Counted from the first letter of the stretch, positions 1 through 9,483 are shown. The stretch: 64,000 bases of DNA from Planctomycetota bacterium (GCA_002686595.1 NYXZ01000127.1:2702-66701), one strand, 5' to 3'. Notes: generated from the letters alone by a model not told the origin. Numbers and translations: made by a program.

Positions 1-184
1 GGCGCAAGCATGGCGAGGACCTGCGTGGCGCTGACCTGGGGCGCTGGCCTGGGGTCAGGATCCGGGATGTGGGTTTGGGGCGAGGACCTGGCGCGAGGTG
101 GTTGTCTAGCAGGTTGGGGATTGGAGCCGGTTCTCGATAGGATAGGTGCCCGCGCCCACTCCAGACCAAATGCCTAGACTCACC

Positions 185-2659
185 ATGAAGCGACTCCTCC
201 TGTGTTCCCTGGCCCTGCTCACCGCCTGCCAAGTCCTGCCGGCGCCCTCCCCGACGGCGCGCTTTGGCGGACGGGCCACCGTTCACAATCCACGTCTCAG
301 CGATTTCGATGTGGAGCATTACTCCATTGAGTTGGCCCTCGATCCCCGCGCCCGCTCCTTCGCAGCTCGCTGCACCGTGCGCCTCCACGCGAGCATTGAC
401 GGCCTGGAGAGCGTGGCCCTGGACCTGGCAGGTCTCGAAGTCAACGCCGTTCACGATGGTGCCCTGCGCGAGCTTTCCTATGAACACAGTGGCGGCCAGC
501 TGGACATTGCCCTGGCCCAGCCCCTGGCCCAGGGCGATTTCATTGAACTGGCTGTGGACTACGCGGGTCTGCCGCAAAAAGGACTGTGGTTCGCGGGCGA
601 GCGCGAGGGCGCCGCCACCCATGTCTTCACCCAGGGTGAGTGCGAGGATTCCCACTGGTGGTTTCCCTGCTGGGATTTCCCCTCGGATCGCGCCACCAGC
701 GAAGTGCGCGTGACCATGCCGGCGCACTGGACTTCGGTGGCGGCCGGCGAGTTGATCGACAGCACCAAGACTGAAGTCACCCGCACGGATCACTGGCGCA
801 TGCCCACGCCGCACCCGGCCTACCTGACCACTCTGGTGGCCGGAGAGTTCGTGGTTCAGGAAGGCGAATGGGATGGCATTCCCCTGCTCTTCTTGGCGGC
901 GGAAGAAGACCAGCATTTGATGGAAGCTGCCTTTGCGGAAACCGACGAGGCCCTGGCCTTCCTCTCTGAGGTGACGGGCAAGCGCTATCCCTACTCCAAG
1001 TACAGCCAGGCCTGCGTGGACAACTTTCCCTTCGGCGGCATGGAAAACATCTCCGCCACCACGCTGACCAGCAATGTCCTGACTGACGAGCGCGGACGGC
1101 GAGATCGCGCGGCAACGGGGTTGGTTGTTCACGAAGCGGCCCACCAGTGGTTCGGCGACCTGATGACCTGTCGCGACTGGTCACACATCTGGCTCAACGA
1201 GGGCTTCGCCACCTACATGACGCTGCTCTACTTCGAGCGCACGCGCGGCGTGGATGAATACCGGGCGCGTTTGCGTCAGGCGCAGCAGGCCTACATGGCG
1301 GGGGACCAGGGCGCCAATCGGCGCCCGACGGTCCACAACATCTACCGCGATCCCATGGACCTGTTCTTCGGTGGTCATGCCTATCCCGGCGGTGCGGCCC
1401 GGCTGCACCTCTTGCGCGAGGTCATGGGCGATGAGGCCTTCTTCGCTGGCATTCGGCGCTATGTGGGTGACAACATCGGGCGCAGCGTGACCACGGCGGA
1501 TCTGCGCCGTGCCCTGGAGCAGAGCAGCGGCCAGGATCTTGGGGAATTCTTTGATCAGTGGTTCCACAGCCAGGGCTATCCGGAAATGTCGGTGCGTTGG
1601 GAGTGGGATGGGCGCAATCGTCAGGTGGCCCTCTGCGTGGAACAAACCCAAGAAGCAGGAGACGGAACGCCACGCGTGTTCAAGGTGCCGGTGGATGTGG
1701 AGGTGCGTACGGCCAGCGGCGTGAGCAACCATCGCCTGCAATTGGACCGGCGCCGCCACCGTTTCGTGTTGCCCTGTGATGAGCGTCCCACTTGGGTGCG
1801 CTTTGACAAGTACGGTTCCCTGCCGGCCTCGGTGGATAGGGAGAAACGTACCTCCGAGTGGTTGGCCATCGCCGGCCAGGATGACGATGTGGGGGGGCGA
1901 GTGATGGCGGTGGAAGTGCTGGGCCGTGTGCTGGCGGGCTCCAAGGATGATGATCTGGCTGATCTGATCCGCGGGGAGCTTCTGAATCGCCTGTCAGGCG
2001 ACAGCTCGCGCTTTGTGCGCCAGGCCGCGGTGCAAGCTCTGGCGGCAGGGGGCGGAACCCGGGCGGCCGAGGTCTTGTGTGCCGTCGCGCGGGAAGACGC
2101 TGAGGCCCAGGTGCGCGTGGCGGCGCTCTCGGCCCTCGAGGGCTTCGTCGGCCTGAGAGGCGACGGGCTAGGTGATGAGGCCCTGGCTCACTTGGCTGAG
2201 ACCGTCTATGAGGACGGATTCTCGTGGCAGACGATGATTGCCGCCGCCTCCCTGCGGCGCGCCAGCTCGCCGGAAGGGGCCTTCTTCTGGCTCGGTGACC
2301 GACTCCATGAGCCTTCACCCCACAGCGTGCTACAGGCTGGCCTGCTGCGCGTGCTTTCCCGTTGCGATGATCCCGGGGTCCTACCACAACTACGATTATG
2401 GGCCGGCGACCACGATGCTGCTCCGGAGACCCGCGTGGTGGCAGTCCAGGCCCTGGGCCAGGTGGGGCGCGGGCAGCGGGAAGTGCGCGCCGACCTGGAA
2501 GCCCTGTTGAAGACGCGCCTATTCCGTTTGCGCTCCGCCGCCATCAACGCCTTGGCCGCCCTCGGCGATGAGGGTTCCGACAGATTGTTGGAGGCCTACT
2601 ATCCGAGTTCTGTTTTCCCGCGCGAGCGCCGCGCCATCGAGGCTGCCCTCAGGCATTGA
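185..2659 (+). CDS. pepN: M1-family zinc aminopeptidase (aminopeptidase N-like), probable lipoprotein, HEAT-like C-terminus
   Basis: ORF 146..2659. The internal ATG at 185 gives MKRLLLCSLALLTAC (signal peptide plus lipobox). It has a GGMEN exopeptidase motif and HEAAHQWFGDL...WLNEGFATY, i.e. HExxH-x18-E. The C-terminal third is Ala/Leu/Arg-rich and HEAT-like. Confidence 0.85.
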   Translation: MKRLLLCSLALLTACQVLPAPSPTARFGGRATVHNPRLSDFDVEHYSIELALDPRARSFAARCTVRLHASIDGLESVALDLAGLEVNAVHDGALRELSYEHSGGQLDIALAQPLAQGDFIELAVDYAGLPQKGLWFAGEREGAATHVFTQGECEDSHWWFPCWDFPSDRATSEVRVTMPAHWTSVAAGELIDSTKTEVTRTDHWRMPTPHPAYLTTLVAGEFVVQEGEWDGIPLLFLAAEEDQHLMEAAFAETDEALAFLSEVTGKRYPYSKYSQACVDNFPFGGMENISATTLTSNVLTDERGRRDRAATGLVVHEAAHQWFGDLMTCRDWSHIWLNEGFATYMTLLYFERTRGVDEYRARLRQAQQAYMAGDQGANRRPTVHNIYRDPMDLFFGGHAYPGGAARLHLLREVMGDEAFFAGIRRYVGDNIGRSVTTADLRRALEQSSGQDLGEFFDQWFHSQGYPEMSVRWEWDGRNRQVALCVEQTQEAGDGTPRVFKVPVDVEVRTASGVSNHRLQLDRRRHRFVLPCDERPTWVRFDKYGSLPASVDREKRTSEWLAIAGQDDDVGGRVMAVEVLGRVLAGSKDDDLADLIRGELLNRLSGDSSRFVRQAAVQALAAGGGTRAAEVLCAVAREDAEAQVRVAALSALEGFVGLRGDGLGDEALAHLAETVYEDGFSWQTMIAAASLRRASSPEGAFFWLGDRLHEPSPHSVLQAGLLRVLSRCDDPGVLPQLRLWAGDHDAAPETRVVAVQALGQVGRGQREVRADLEALLKTRLFRLRSAAINALAALGDEGSDRLLEAYYPSSVFPRERRAIEAALRH

Positions 2660-2662
2660 GCA

Positions 2663-3238
2663 ATGACCTGGATCCGCACCATCGCGGAAGGTGAAGCCGA
2701 AGGGCGCCTGGCCCGCAGCTACGCCGCCGCCCGGGCCCGGGTCGGACGTGTCTTTGGCATCGTGCGGGCCATGAGTTTGGCTCCACGCACTTTGGATGCG
2801 TCCATGGCTTTCTACGGCACGCTGATGTCCGCCCGGGGCGGCCTCGGACGGCGGCGGCGCGAGCTGCTCGCCACGGTGGTCAGCCGCACCAACGACTGCC
2901 ACTACTGAACCCACGCCCATGGTGAGGACTTCCGTGCCGAGGTCCTAGATCTGGCGGGGCCTGCACGGGACGAGTTGGTGGGGGCCGTCATGGAGGACTG
3001 GCGGACCGCCGGTTTGTGTGCAGAGGAGCATGCCCTGTGCCTGTTCGCGGAGAAGCTCACCAAGGCTCCCGGCGCGCTGGAGCAGGCTGACATCGAGGAT
3101 CTGCGCCGCGCTGGCTTCGACGACGAGGCGGTGCACGACGCTATCCAGATCGTGAGCTACTTCAACTATATCAACCGCGTGGCGGACGCGGTGCATGTTG
3201 ATCTCGAGCCTGAAATGCCGCCCTATCCCGCCGGGTAG
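2663..3238 (+). CDS. AhpD/carboxymuconolactone-decarboxylase-type peroxidase-related protein with in-frame UGA (candidate selenocysteine, CxxU motif)
   Basis: ORFs 2663..2908 and 2975..3238 share a frame. I translated 2909..2974 by hand (THAHGEDFRAEVLDLAGPARDE) and found no other stop. The read-through product contains SRTNDCHY-[TGA]-THAHGEDF, which puts the TGA where this family carries the second Cys of CxxC. The downstream half (FAEKLT...RRAGFDDEAVHDAIQIVSYFNYINRVADA) is the normal continuation of the family. Confidence 0.7.
2925..2946 (+). promoter_or_regulatory. Candidate SECIS-like hairpin downstream of UGA
   Basis: AGGAC (2925-2929) pairs with GUCCU (2942-2946) around a 12-nt loop, UUCCGUGCCGAG. 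The hairpin starts 17 nt after the UGA. The stem is short and I did not evaluate it against a SECIS model. Confidence 0.25.
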
Positions 3239-3252
3239 GCTTGGCTGGGGCA

Positions 3253-3273
3253 CCCGCGCTTGTGGCGCGCGGG
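3253..3273. terminator. GC-rich hairpin between convergent genes (possible terminator, no U-tract)
   Basis: CCCGCGC (3253-3259) pairs with GCGCGGG (3267-3273) around a 7-nt loop. It lies between the stop of the + gene at 3238 and the stop of the - gene at 3308. Confidence 0.25.
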
Positions 3274-3307
3274 GAAGAGCGCGTCAAGTAAGCGGCGCGT
3301 GCTCGGA

Positions 3308-3592
3308 CTACTCCTGGGGAATCTGTCCGCCGGGAAAAGAGGCGGGATTCTTCGTGGTGTCCGGCCCCAGCAGTTTCACGTCGCGAACCTCATCCACTTG
3401 AAAATCAATGCTCGACTCCGAGTCGATGTTGATCAGGCGCCCGGTCCCCTTGAAGGGATTGAAGATCATCGCTCCGGTGATCTGGCGCCCATCCTTGAAA
3501 TACAGCGTCGCTCGATCTGCGGTGCGTGCTCCCATGAGCAGGTCGTAGACTTTCTCGGGCGCTAGGGTGCGTGACTTGCGGGTTGAGCTCAT
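3308..3592 (-). CDS. Small hypothetical protein (94 aa)
   Basis: Non-overlapped ORF with balanced amino-acid composition, directly downstream of the Nudix-like gene on the same strand. I recognise no family. Confidence 0.45.
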   Translation of the reverse strand: MSSTRKSRTLAPEKVYDLLMGARTADRATLYFKDGRQITGAMIFNPFKGTGRLINIDSESSIDFQVDEVRDVKLLGPDTTKNPASFPGGQIPQE

Positions 3593-3601
3593 GGTCGGGT
3601 G

Positions 3602-4270
3602 CTAGTGTACGGTGGCTTGGGCGATTTGTGGGGCGTCACTCAGGAGTTCATCGAGGTGCTCGATGAGCAGAGCCGACCAGGTCTCGAAGTTTTGGCCAGA
3701 GGCCAGCAGGCTGCGCAGGGTCTCGGGGCTGACAAAGCGACCTTCCAGTTGATCCACCTCGCGCACCTCGACGGTCCCGGAAACAGTCATGACCTGAACG
3801 ACTCCCACATGGACGGCACCCACGGCGTTGGAGTCGTCGTTCAGTAGTCCAACTGTGCGCGTTTGGTATGTACCGGATATGTGAAGTTCCTCTTCGACCT
3901 CCCGGGCGCTGGCTGCGGGGATTGGATTGGGGTACACGCCCCCGCTGTCGGTGGCCTCGGCACCCGTGGAGTCGACGGGATTGATGTGGCCTCCCACGCC
4001 GATCGAATGCTTGTTGTGTAGGCGCGCTTCGCCCCCGGCCTCCAGGCGGCGCAGGACAATCACTTCACCGTCACGCCAGACGAGGGTGTAGGGGATGACC
4101 TGCTTCCACTCCGGTGTGCGCTCTGCGCGGGGTCGTTCTACATAGAAGCCGTGCTCGGCTACTGTTTCCTCGAAACTCCGGCGCTCATCGGCGCCGGAGA
4201 AGGGAACCAACCCATGGGGATAGGCATGGGGGAACAGGTGTCGCCTTGGGACGACAAAGACAAACTCCAT
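3602..4270 (-). CDS. Nudix/MutT-family phosphoesterase-like protein
   Basis: ORF 3602..4387. The start is moved to MEFVFVVPRR because the upstream part runs toward rnpB. Supporting motifs are KQVIPY...LRR...GGEARLHNKHSIGVGGHI and a degenerate Nudix box, AREVEEELHI. From memory this resembles the COG4112-type MutT-like group. Confidence 0.5.
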   Translation of the reverse strand: MEFVFVVPRRHLFPHAYPHGLVPFSGADERRSFEETVAEHGFYVERPRAERTPEWKQVIPYTLVWRDGEVIVLRRLEAGGEARLHNKHSIGVGGHINPVDSTGAEATDSGGVYPNPIPAASAREVEEELHISGTYQTRTVGLLNDDSNAVGAVHVGVVQVMTVSGTVEVREVDQLEGRFVSPETLRSLLASGQNFETWSALLIEHLDELLSDAPQIAQATVH

Positions 4271-4445
4271 GGCAGGGCGGCGCGGGACGAGGGCTGGGGG
4301 GGCGCGGCTGACAACGGCTATCAACCTCGAAAGTGCAGCATAACTGGCCTGCGGGAAAAGGTCAACATGCGGCGTAGGAGGTCGCAATGTGCCACAATAT
4401 GTTGTGGTGTGGTCGATCTAGCAACGCTCCTGGCCCAGGAGTGGG

Positions 4446-4826
<381 letters not shown>

Positions 4827-4885
4827 CCAGCATGTTACCCAACCAGCCACTATTGTCCAGATCAGTCAAGCAAAGGGGTATTCAC

Positions 4886-6922
4886 ATGGCGAGCCGGCTC
4901 CTCATCGGTCTGCTCGTCTCCCTCGGGCCCGCACTCCAGCAGCCGACCGCGGCTCTGGCCTTGCCCAAATACAGCATCCTGGAGTCAGTCGAGCCAGCTC
5001 AGCCAAAAGGGGACGACGAGGCCCTGGAGAGTTTTCGGCGGGCCCTGCGGGGGCGGGATCGGGAAAAGAGAAGTGCTGCCTTGGCCGAGTTGGTGGCCAG
5101 TGGCGCCGGAGCGGCCACGGAAGTTCTGCTTCGGGAGTACCAGCGTTGCCACGCAGCCTGGAGTTCGGCCAGGGCCGAGGCCCGGCGCTTTTCCATGGAA
5201 GTGGAGCGCAAGACGCACCTTCTGAGCCAACTTGAGGAACGCCTGGAGCGAGATGGCTCGCTCCAATCATCCGTGGGGGAACAGCGGGAGGCCCTGCTGG
5301 CCCTGCGCGGGGAATTGGAACAGGCGGAGCAGCGCATTGAGCGCGAGGGACCCTGGCGCGGGGAACTGCGGGAGCAGGTGGCGGCTTTTTTCTCTGGCCT
5401 CGCCAGCGGCAAGGCCCGCACTGGGCGCAAGTTGTTGTGGGATGACGCTCGCAAGGCGCCTTCCTTTGATGATCGCCTGGGGGCGGTGGATTTGTTGGGG
5501 CGCACGGGCGGCACGGGGAGTGCCGTGGAACTGCAGCAACTGCTGGACGAGGTGGCGGATGAGCGTGGGCGCCTGGCCAAGCGATTGCCGAAGCTGGAAG
5601 TCGATGTGCGCAAGATGGAGCGGCGTCTGCAGGAGGAAATGCTGCGCTTGGGGGGCGGCCAGCTCAGCCGTGCCAGCCAGGAGCAGTACGAGCGCGTGCG
5701 TCGTGAGGCCGCCGGGGTGCGGAGTGAACTGACCGCCCACAGCCAGCTCGCCGAGCAGTGTACCGAGGCGGCCGCGGAAGCCCTGTCCCTGGAGGACCCG
5801 GAGCGTTTGGAACGGGCCGTGGCCAGTTTGCGGCGGGCGGCCAAGAAGGCCGGGGCCGGGGCGCGTCTGCGGAGCTTCTCAATCCTAGTGCGGGCGCGCC
5901 GGGCGGCGCTGGATGAAACCCTGGGGGAAATGCTCACGGAGGAGCGCGATGCGGCGGTTCGGGCCCACCTGGTGGACGAGTTGGCCGCCACCGGGGAGGG
6001 GGGCCAGGCCCCGCTCCTACTCGCTCTCTTTTTGGCGGACGAGTGTATGCAGGTGCGCAGTCGGGCCGCCTCTGGTCTGGAACTGCTGCGCTCTCGCGAG
6101 GCCGTTGGTCCGCTCGTAGCCGCCCTGGAAAAGGCGCAGGGTCGTCTGCGCACCGACATTCGCGAGGCCCTGGTTTCCCTCACCGGGCAAAAGCTCCAGA
6201 GCGCCTTTGAACCCTGGTCGCGCTGGTGGCAAGGCCAGGGGGAGACCTTCACCGTGCCAGAACGCCGGAAGCGGCGCGTGGTGGATGCCGGGGCCGCCAG
6301 TGGACAGGGCCTGACATTTTTTGGCATCCGCTCAGAGAGCCAGGCGGTGCTTTTCATCCTGGATGTTTCCGGCTCCATGGACTTCTCCATGGTTCCCCGC
6401 AACAACCCCACGGACAACCCGAGGCAGCCCTTCGATCGGCCCAAGGAGGGCGAGATATCCCGCCTGCAGGCGGCCACGGACGATCTGGCCCGGGCGGTCC
6501 GGGGCCTGGCCGCGGGCTCTGTCTTCAACATCGTGCTCTATGGCAGCGATGTTTGGACTTGGCAGGATCGTCTCGTGACCATGGACGAAGACACGCGTCT
6601 GGATGCCGTGCGCTTCATTGAAGCCGTGGATGCAGCGGGAGGGACGAATATCTACGGGGCCCTCAAACTGGCCTTTGAACTGGCGGAAGTGGGGGATGAC
6701 GAACGCTGGGAACAGCCGCGCATCGATACCATCTTTCTGCTCACCGACGGGCGTCCTTCCATGGGCGTCACCACCGATTCGGATGAGATCCTGTCCTTCG
6801 TGCGCGAGCGCAACGCCGCCGCCGGTATCGTGATTCACACTATCGGTCTCTCCGGAGCCCAAGATCCCTACCTCCTGCGCAGCCTTGCGGAGGAAAATGG
6901 CGGCACCTACGCTGCCCGTTGA
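4886..6922 (+). CDS. Exported coiled-coil/HEAT-repeat protein with C-terminal von Willebrand factor A domain
   Basis: ORF 4832..6922, with the ATG at 4886 following AAGGGG. It has an N-terminal hydrophobic signal and a long Glu/Arg/Leu-rich coiled-coil-like region. HEAT-like segments are present (VRAHLVDELA, VRSRAASGLE). The VWA MIDAS motif is LFILDVSGSMD, followed by GGTNIYGAL and IFLLTDGRPS. Confidence 0.75.
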   Translation: MASRLLIGLLVSLGPALQQPTAALALPKYSILESVEPAQPKGDDEALESFRRALRGRDREKRSAALAELVASGAGAATEVLLREYQRCHAAWSSARAEARRFSMEVERKTHLLSQLEERLERDGSLQSSVGEQREALLALRGELEQAEQRIEREGPWRGELREQVAAFFSGLASGKARTGRKLLWDDARKAPSFDDRLGAVDLLGRTGGTGSAVELQQLLDEVADERGRLAKRLPKLEVDVRKMERRLQEEMLRLGGGQLSRASQEQYERVRREAAGVRSELTAHSQLAEQCTEAAAEALSLEDPERLERAVASLRRAAKKAGAGARLRSFSILVRARRAALDETLGEMLTEERDAAVRAHLVDELAATGEGGQAPLLLALFLADECMQVRSRAASGLELLRSREAVGPLVAALEKAQGRLRTDIREALVSLTGQKLQSAFEPWSRWWQGQGETFTVPERRKRRVVDAGAASGQGLTFFGIRSESQAVLFILDVSGSMDFSMVPRNNPTDNPRQPFDRPKEGEISRLQAATDDLARAVRGLAAGSVFNIVLYGSDVWTWQDRLVTMDEDTRLDAVRFIEAVDAAGGTNIYGALKLAFELAEVGDDERWEQPRIDTIFLLTDGRPSMGVTTDSDEILSFVRERNAAAGIVIHTIGLSGAQDPYLLRSLAEENGGTYAAR

Positions 6923-6942
6923 TCCCCAACGAGAAACCGACC

Positions 6943-7833
6943 ATGGCCACCGTCGACTACACCGTCACCAACCTGGAACTGCGCGCCTCCTCCGACAGCG
7001 GCGAGGCAGCGCAGGCTTTGACCCACCAGAGCATGGAGGGGCTTTTCCTCTTGCATGTAAAGGAACTGGCCGCCGCCGGAGAACCCCGCGGGGGGGCCAC
7101 CTTGGTACACGATGCTGGTGACCACGGTGGGCGCTATCTGGAGTTGGCCCGCAGGCTGACGCGGGACGGCTGGGCCGCGGCCTTGCCGGATCTGCGCGGT
7201 CACGGCGAATCCGAGGGGGAGCGGGGTCACGGGGCGGGGATTACCGAAGTCAGCCGCGACCTGGCGGAGGTTCAGAATCACCTTTCCTATCGTTTGCCCA
7301 ATGCCCCGCGGGTGATGTTGGGCCAGGGGCTCGGTGCCCTCTACGGCCTGGCATTCGCCGTGGAAAACCCAGGCACCCTCCAGGCCCTGGTGTTGGCGGC
7401 GCCCCTGCTGCGGCCGGAGTTCGATTTGCCGACGGCTCCCGGCGGTCTGCGCGGCATGTTCAAGAAAGTCGGGCCGAGGGCGCCGGGCAGTATCGGTTGG
7501 ACGCCGCAACAATGGAGCGCGGACGAGGATACTCGCTCGGCCCTGGCCGCTGATCCCCTGCGCCACGACATCATCACCCTGCGTGCTGGCCAGGAGGCCC
7601 AGCGCGCCGCGCAGCAGTTCCCAGAGCGCCTGGCCCAGTGCGAGGCGGCGGTGCTGGTGATGCTGGGCACGGAAGATCCCTTGGTGTCCAGCGGGGACGC
7701 TGAGCGCCTGGTGGCCGCCGGTGCCGTGTTGTTGCTGGTGGAGGGCGGGCGACACGACCTGTTCCACGGTCCCGGCGCCGAGGAGGCCGGGGAGCGCGTG
7801 GCCGCCTGGTTTGACGAGCACGGCAAGTTCTGA
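6943..7833 (+). CDS. Alpha/beta-hydrolase fold protein (lysophospholipase/monoglyceride-lipase-like) lacking the nucleophile Ser
   Basis: VHDAGDHGGRYLELARRL...PDLRGHGESEG is typical of this hydrolase group. The nucleophile elbow reads GQGLG instead of GxSxG. The C-terminal GTEDPLV and GGRHDLFH, which are the acid and His positions, are retained. Confidence 0.7.
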   Translation: MATVDYTVTNLELRASSDSGEAAQALTHQSMEGLFLLHVKELAAAGEPRGGATLVHDAGDHGGRYLELARRLTRDGWAAALPDLRGHGESEGERGHGAGITEVSRDLAEVQNHLSYRLPNAPRVMLGQGLGALYGLAFAVENPGTLQALVLAAPLLRPEFDLPTAPGGLRGMFKKVGPRAPGSIGWTPQQWSADEDTRSALAADPLRHDIITLRAGQEAQRAAQQFPERLAQCEAAVLVMLGTEDPLVSSGDAERLVAAGAVLLLVEGGRHDLFHGPGAEEAGERVAAWFDEHGKF

Positions 7834-7838
7834 GGCGA

Positions 7839-7859
7839 GCGGCCGCCCGCCGCGGCCGC
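7839..7859. terminator. GC hairpin between convergent genes (possible bidirectional terminator)
   Basis: GCGGCCGC (7839-7846), loop CCGCC, GCGGCCGC (7852-7859). This is a perfect 8-bp stem with no U-tract. Confidence 0.3.
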
Positions 7860-7879
7860 CAGTCGCAGCTGTAGTCGCT

Positions 7880-8299
7880 TCAGGCCAGGTAATCGCGCAG
7901 GATGACCAGGGCGCTCCAACTGTCCCGGCGGGCCTTGCGATCGGCACCGAAGTGCCCCGCGGCGGCCAGCAGCTCGTCTGCCTCCTTGGTGCTCAGGCGC
8001 TCGTCCTGAAAACGCAGCTCTGGCGTCGGGAAGCGTTGGGCCAGGCGTTGGGCGAAGGCGCGCACCTCCGCCGCACGGGGGCCTTCACTGCCATCCATGT
8101 TGTAGGGCAGGCCGACCAGGAAGAGTGACACGCGGCGCTCATCCAAGAGGCCGGCGATGTGCTGGAGGAGTTCCTCGCCGTCCCCCGCACCCCTGAACAC
8201 ATCCAGAGGTGCCGAAAGAATGCGGCTCTCGTCCGTGGCTGCGAAGCCCGTGCGGATCGTGCCGTGGTCAATGGCCAGGATGGCGCCGGATGAAGCCAT
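7880..8299 (-). CDS. ruvX: Holliday-junction-resolvase-like pre-16S rRNA nuclease YqgF/RuvX
   Basis: 139 aa. ILAIDHGTIRTGFAATDE at the N-terminus and LVGLPYNMDGSEG are hallmarks of the family. Confidence 0.85.
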   Translation of the reverse strand: MASSGAILAIDHGTIRTGFAATDESRILSAPLDVFRGAGDGEELLQHIAGLLDERRVSLFLVGLPYNMDGSEGPRAAEVRAFAQRLAQRFPTPELRFQDERLSTKEADELLAAAGHFGADRKARRDSWSALVILRDYLA

Positions 8300-9403
8300 C
8301 TAAAGGTGCTCGGGTGCCCGTGCCTCAAGGGCGGCGACTATGGCACGTACTTCCTCGGCCCGTTCGCGGGGGCAGACCAAGGTCGTTCGACCGGCGCGCA
8401 CCACGACCAGGTCCTCGACTCCAAGCAAGGCCACGAGTTCGCCCTCTTCGCCATGGACCACGCACCCAGTGGACTGTTCGCTGATGAGTTGCGCGCCTCC
8501 GCTGGTGAAGTTGCCGGATTCGTCCGCCGCGCTGACACCTGGCAGGGCTGACCAAGATCCCACATCGTTCCAGGTGTAGTCCACGGGCAGGACGAGCACA
8601 TTGTCGGCCCGTTCCATCAGGCCCACATCCACCGAGAGCGAGGGCAGGGCGGCGAAGGCGCTTTCGATTTTGGAGGGGGAGCTAGTGCCGTCGATGTCGG
8701 CCAGGGGAGCGAGCTCCGGGCACCAGCGTTCCACGGCGGCGAGGAAGGCATCGGTCCGCCAGATGAACATGCCAGAGTTCCAGAGGAAGTTGCCCGAGGC
8801 CAAGAACTCCGCGGCCAGGTTGGCATCTGGCTTTTCAACAAAGCGGCGTACGATGTGGACGGGGTGGACTGGGTGGACTGGGGCGGAATCCGTACGGGCC
8901 TCGTGTGGGCTGAGTTGTTCCCCGACTTCGATGTAACCGTAGCCCGTGGCTGGCCTGGTCGGTCTGATGCCCAGCGTCACCAAGGAACCGTCACCGGCGG
9001 CCTGGGCCGCGGCCCGCAGACTGTCCCTGAATTCCTCTGCCGGCTCGATCACATGATCCGCGGCCAGGGTCACTTGTAGGGAACCCGGTGCGCGCCGTTC
9101 GATTTCGCGGGCCGCCCAAACCAGACAGGGGAGCGTGTTGCGGGCCAGGGGTTCCGCCAGGATGTTTTGCTCTGGCAACTCCGGCAGCAGCCGTTGCACC
9201 TCTGCGCGGTAGGGAATGCCCGTGGACACCAGGAGGCGTTCGGTGGGTACGAGGTCTCCCAGGCGATGGGCGGTGGTGGTCAGCATGGGCTGCTCACCAC
9301 CGATGGGCAAAAACTGCTTGGGGCGCGCGCGGCGGCTCGCGGGCCAAAAGCGCGTGCCGCTCCCGCCGGCCATGAGCACGGCATAGAGGTCCGGTGAAGT
9401 CAC
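8300..9403 (-). CDS. manC: Mannose-1-phosphate guanylyltransferase (nucleotidyltransferase domain only)
   Basis: AVLMAGGSGTRFWPASRRARPKQFL is the NTP-transferase signature. LLWNSGMFIW is also present. The 367-aa length fits the GMP-only form. Confidence 0.85.
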   Translation of the reverse strand: MTSPDLYAVLMAGGSGTRFWPASRRARPKQFLPIGGEQPMLTTTAHRLGDLVPTERLLVSTGIPYRAEVQRLLPELPEQNILAEPLARNTLPCLVWAAREIERRAPGSLQVTLAADHVIEPAEEFRDSLRAAAQAAGDGSLVTLGIRPTRPATGYGYIEVGEQLSPHEARTDSAPVHPVHPVHIVRRFVEKPDANLAAEFLASGNFLWNSGMFIWRTDAFLAAVERWCPELAPLADIDGTSSPSKIESAFAALPSLSVDVGLMERADNVLVLPVDYTWNDVGSWSALPGVSAADESGNFTSGGAQLISEQSTGCVVHGEEGELVALLGVEDLVVVRAGRTTLVCPRERAEEVRAIVAALEARAPEHL

Positions 9404-9483
9404 GGGCGCGAGTCTAAGGGGCCGGTGGTCCGAGATACACCATGGATGGTGGCCTGCGCGCTCTCAAACCTTGGGGTGTTCCC

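Noticed and set aside
2945-3253. 102-aa minus-strand ORF
   Set aside because: It is antisense to the C-terminal half of the AhpD-like gene, whose plus-frame product matches a known family end to end.
4999-6531. 510-aa minus-strand ORF, with several 120-170-aa ORFs in the same region
   Set aside because: It is antisense to the recognisable VWA/HEAT gene. Its composition is extremely Arg/Ser/Ala/Pro-rich with no motifs. This is the typical shadow ORF of GC-rich DNA.
8855-8881. Three tandem 9-bp units (gtggacggg gtggactgg gtggactgg) in manC encoding PVHPVHPVH
   Set aside because: It is real but trivial in-frame slippage in a surface loop of a housekeeping enzyme, so it is not reported as a finding.
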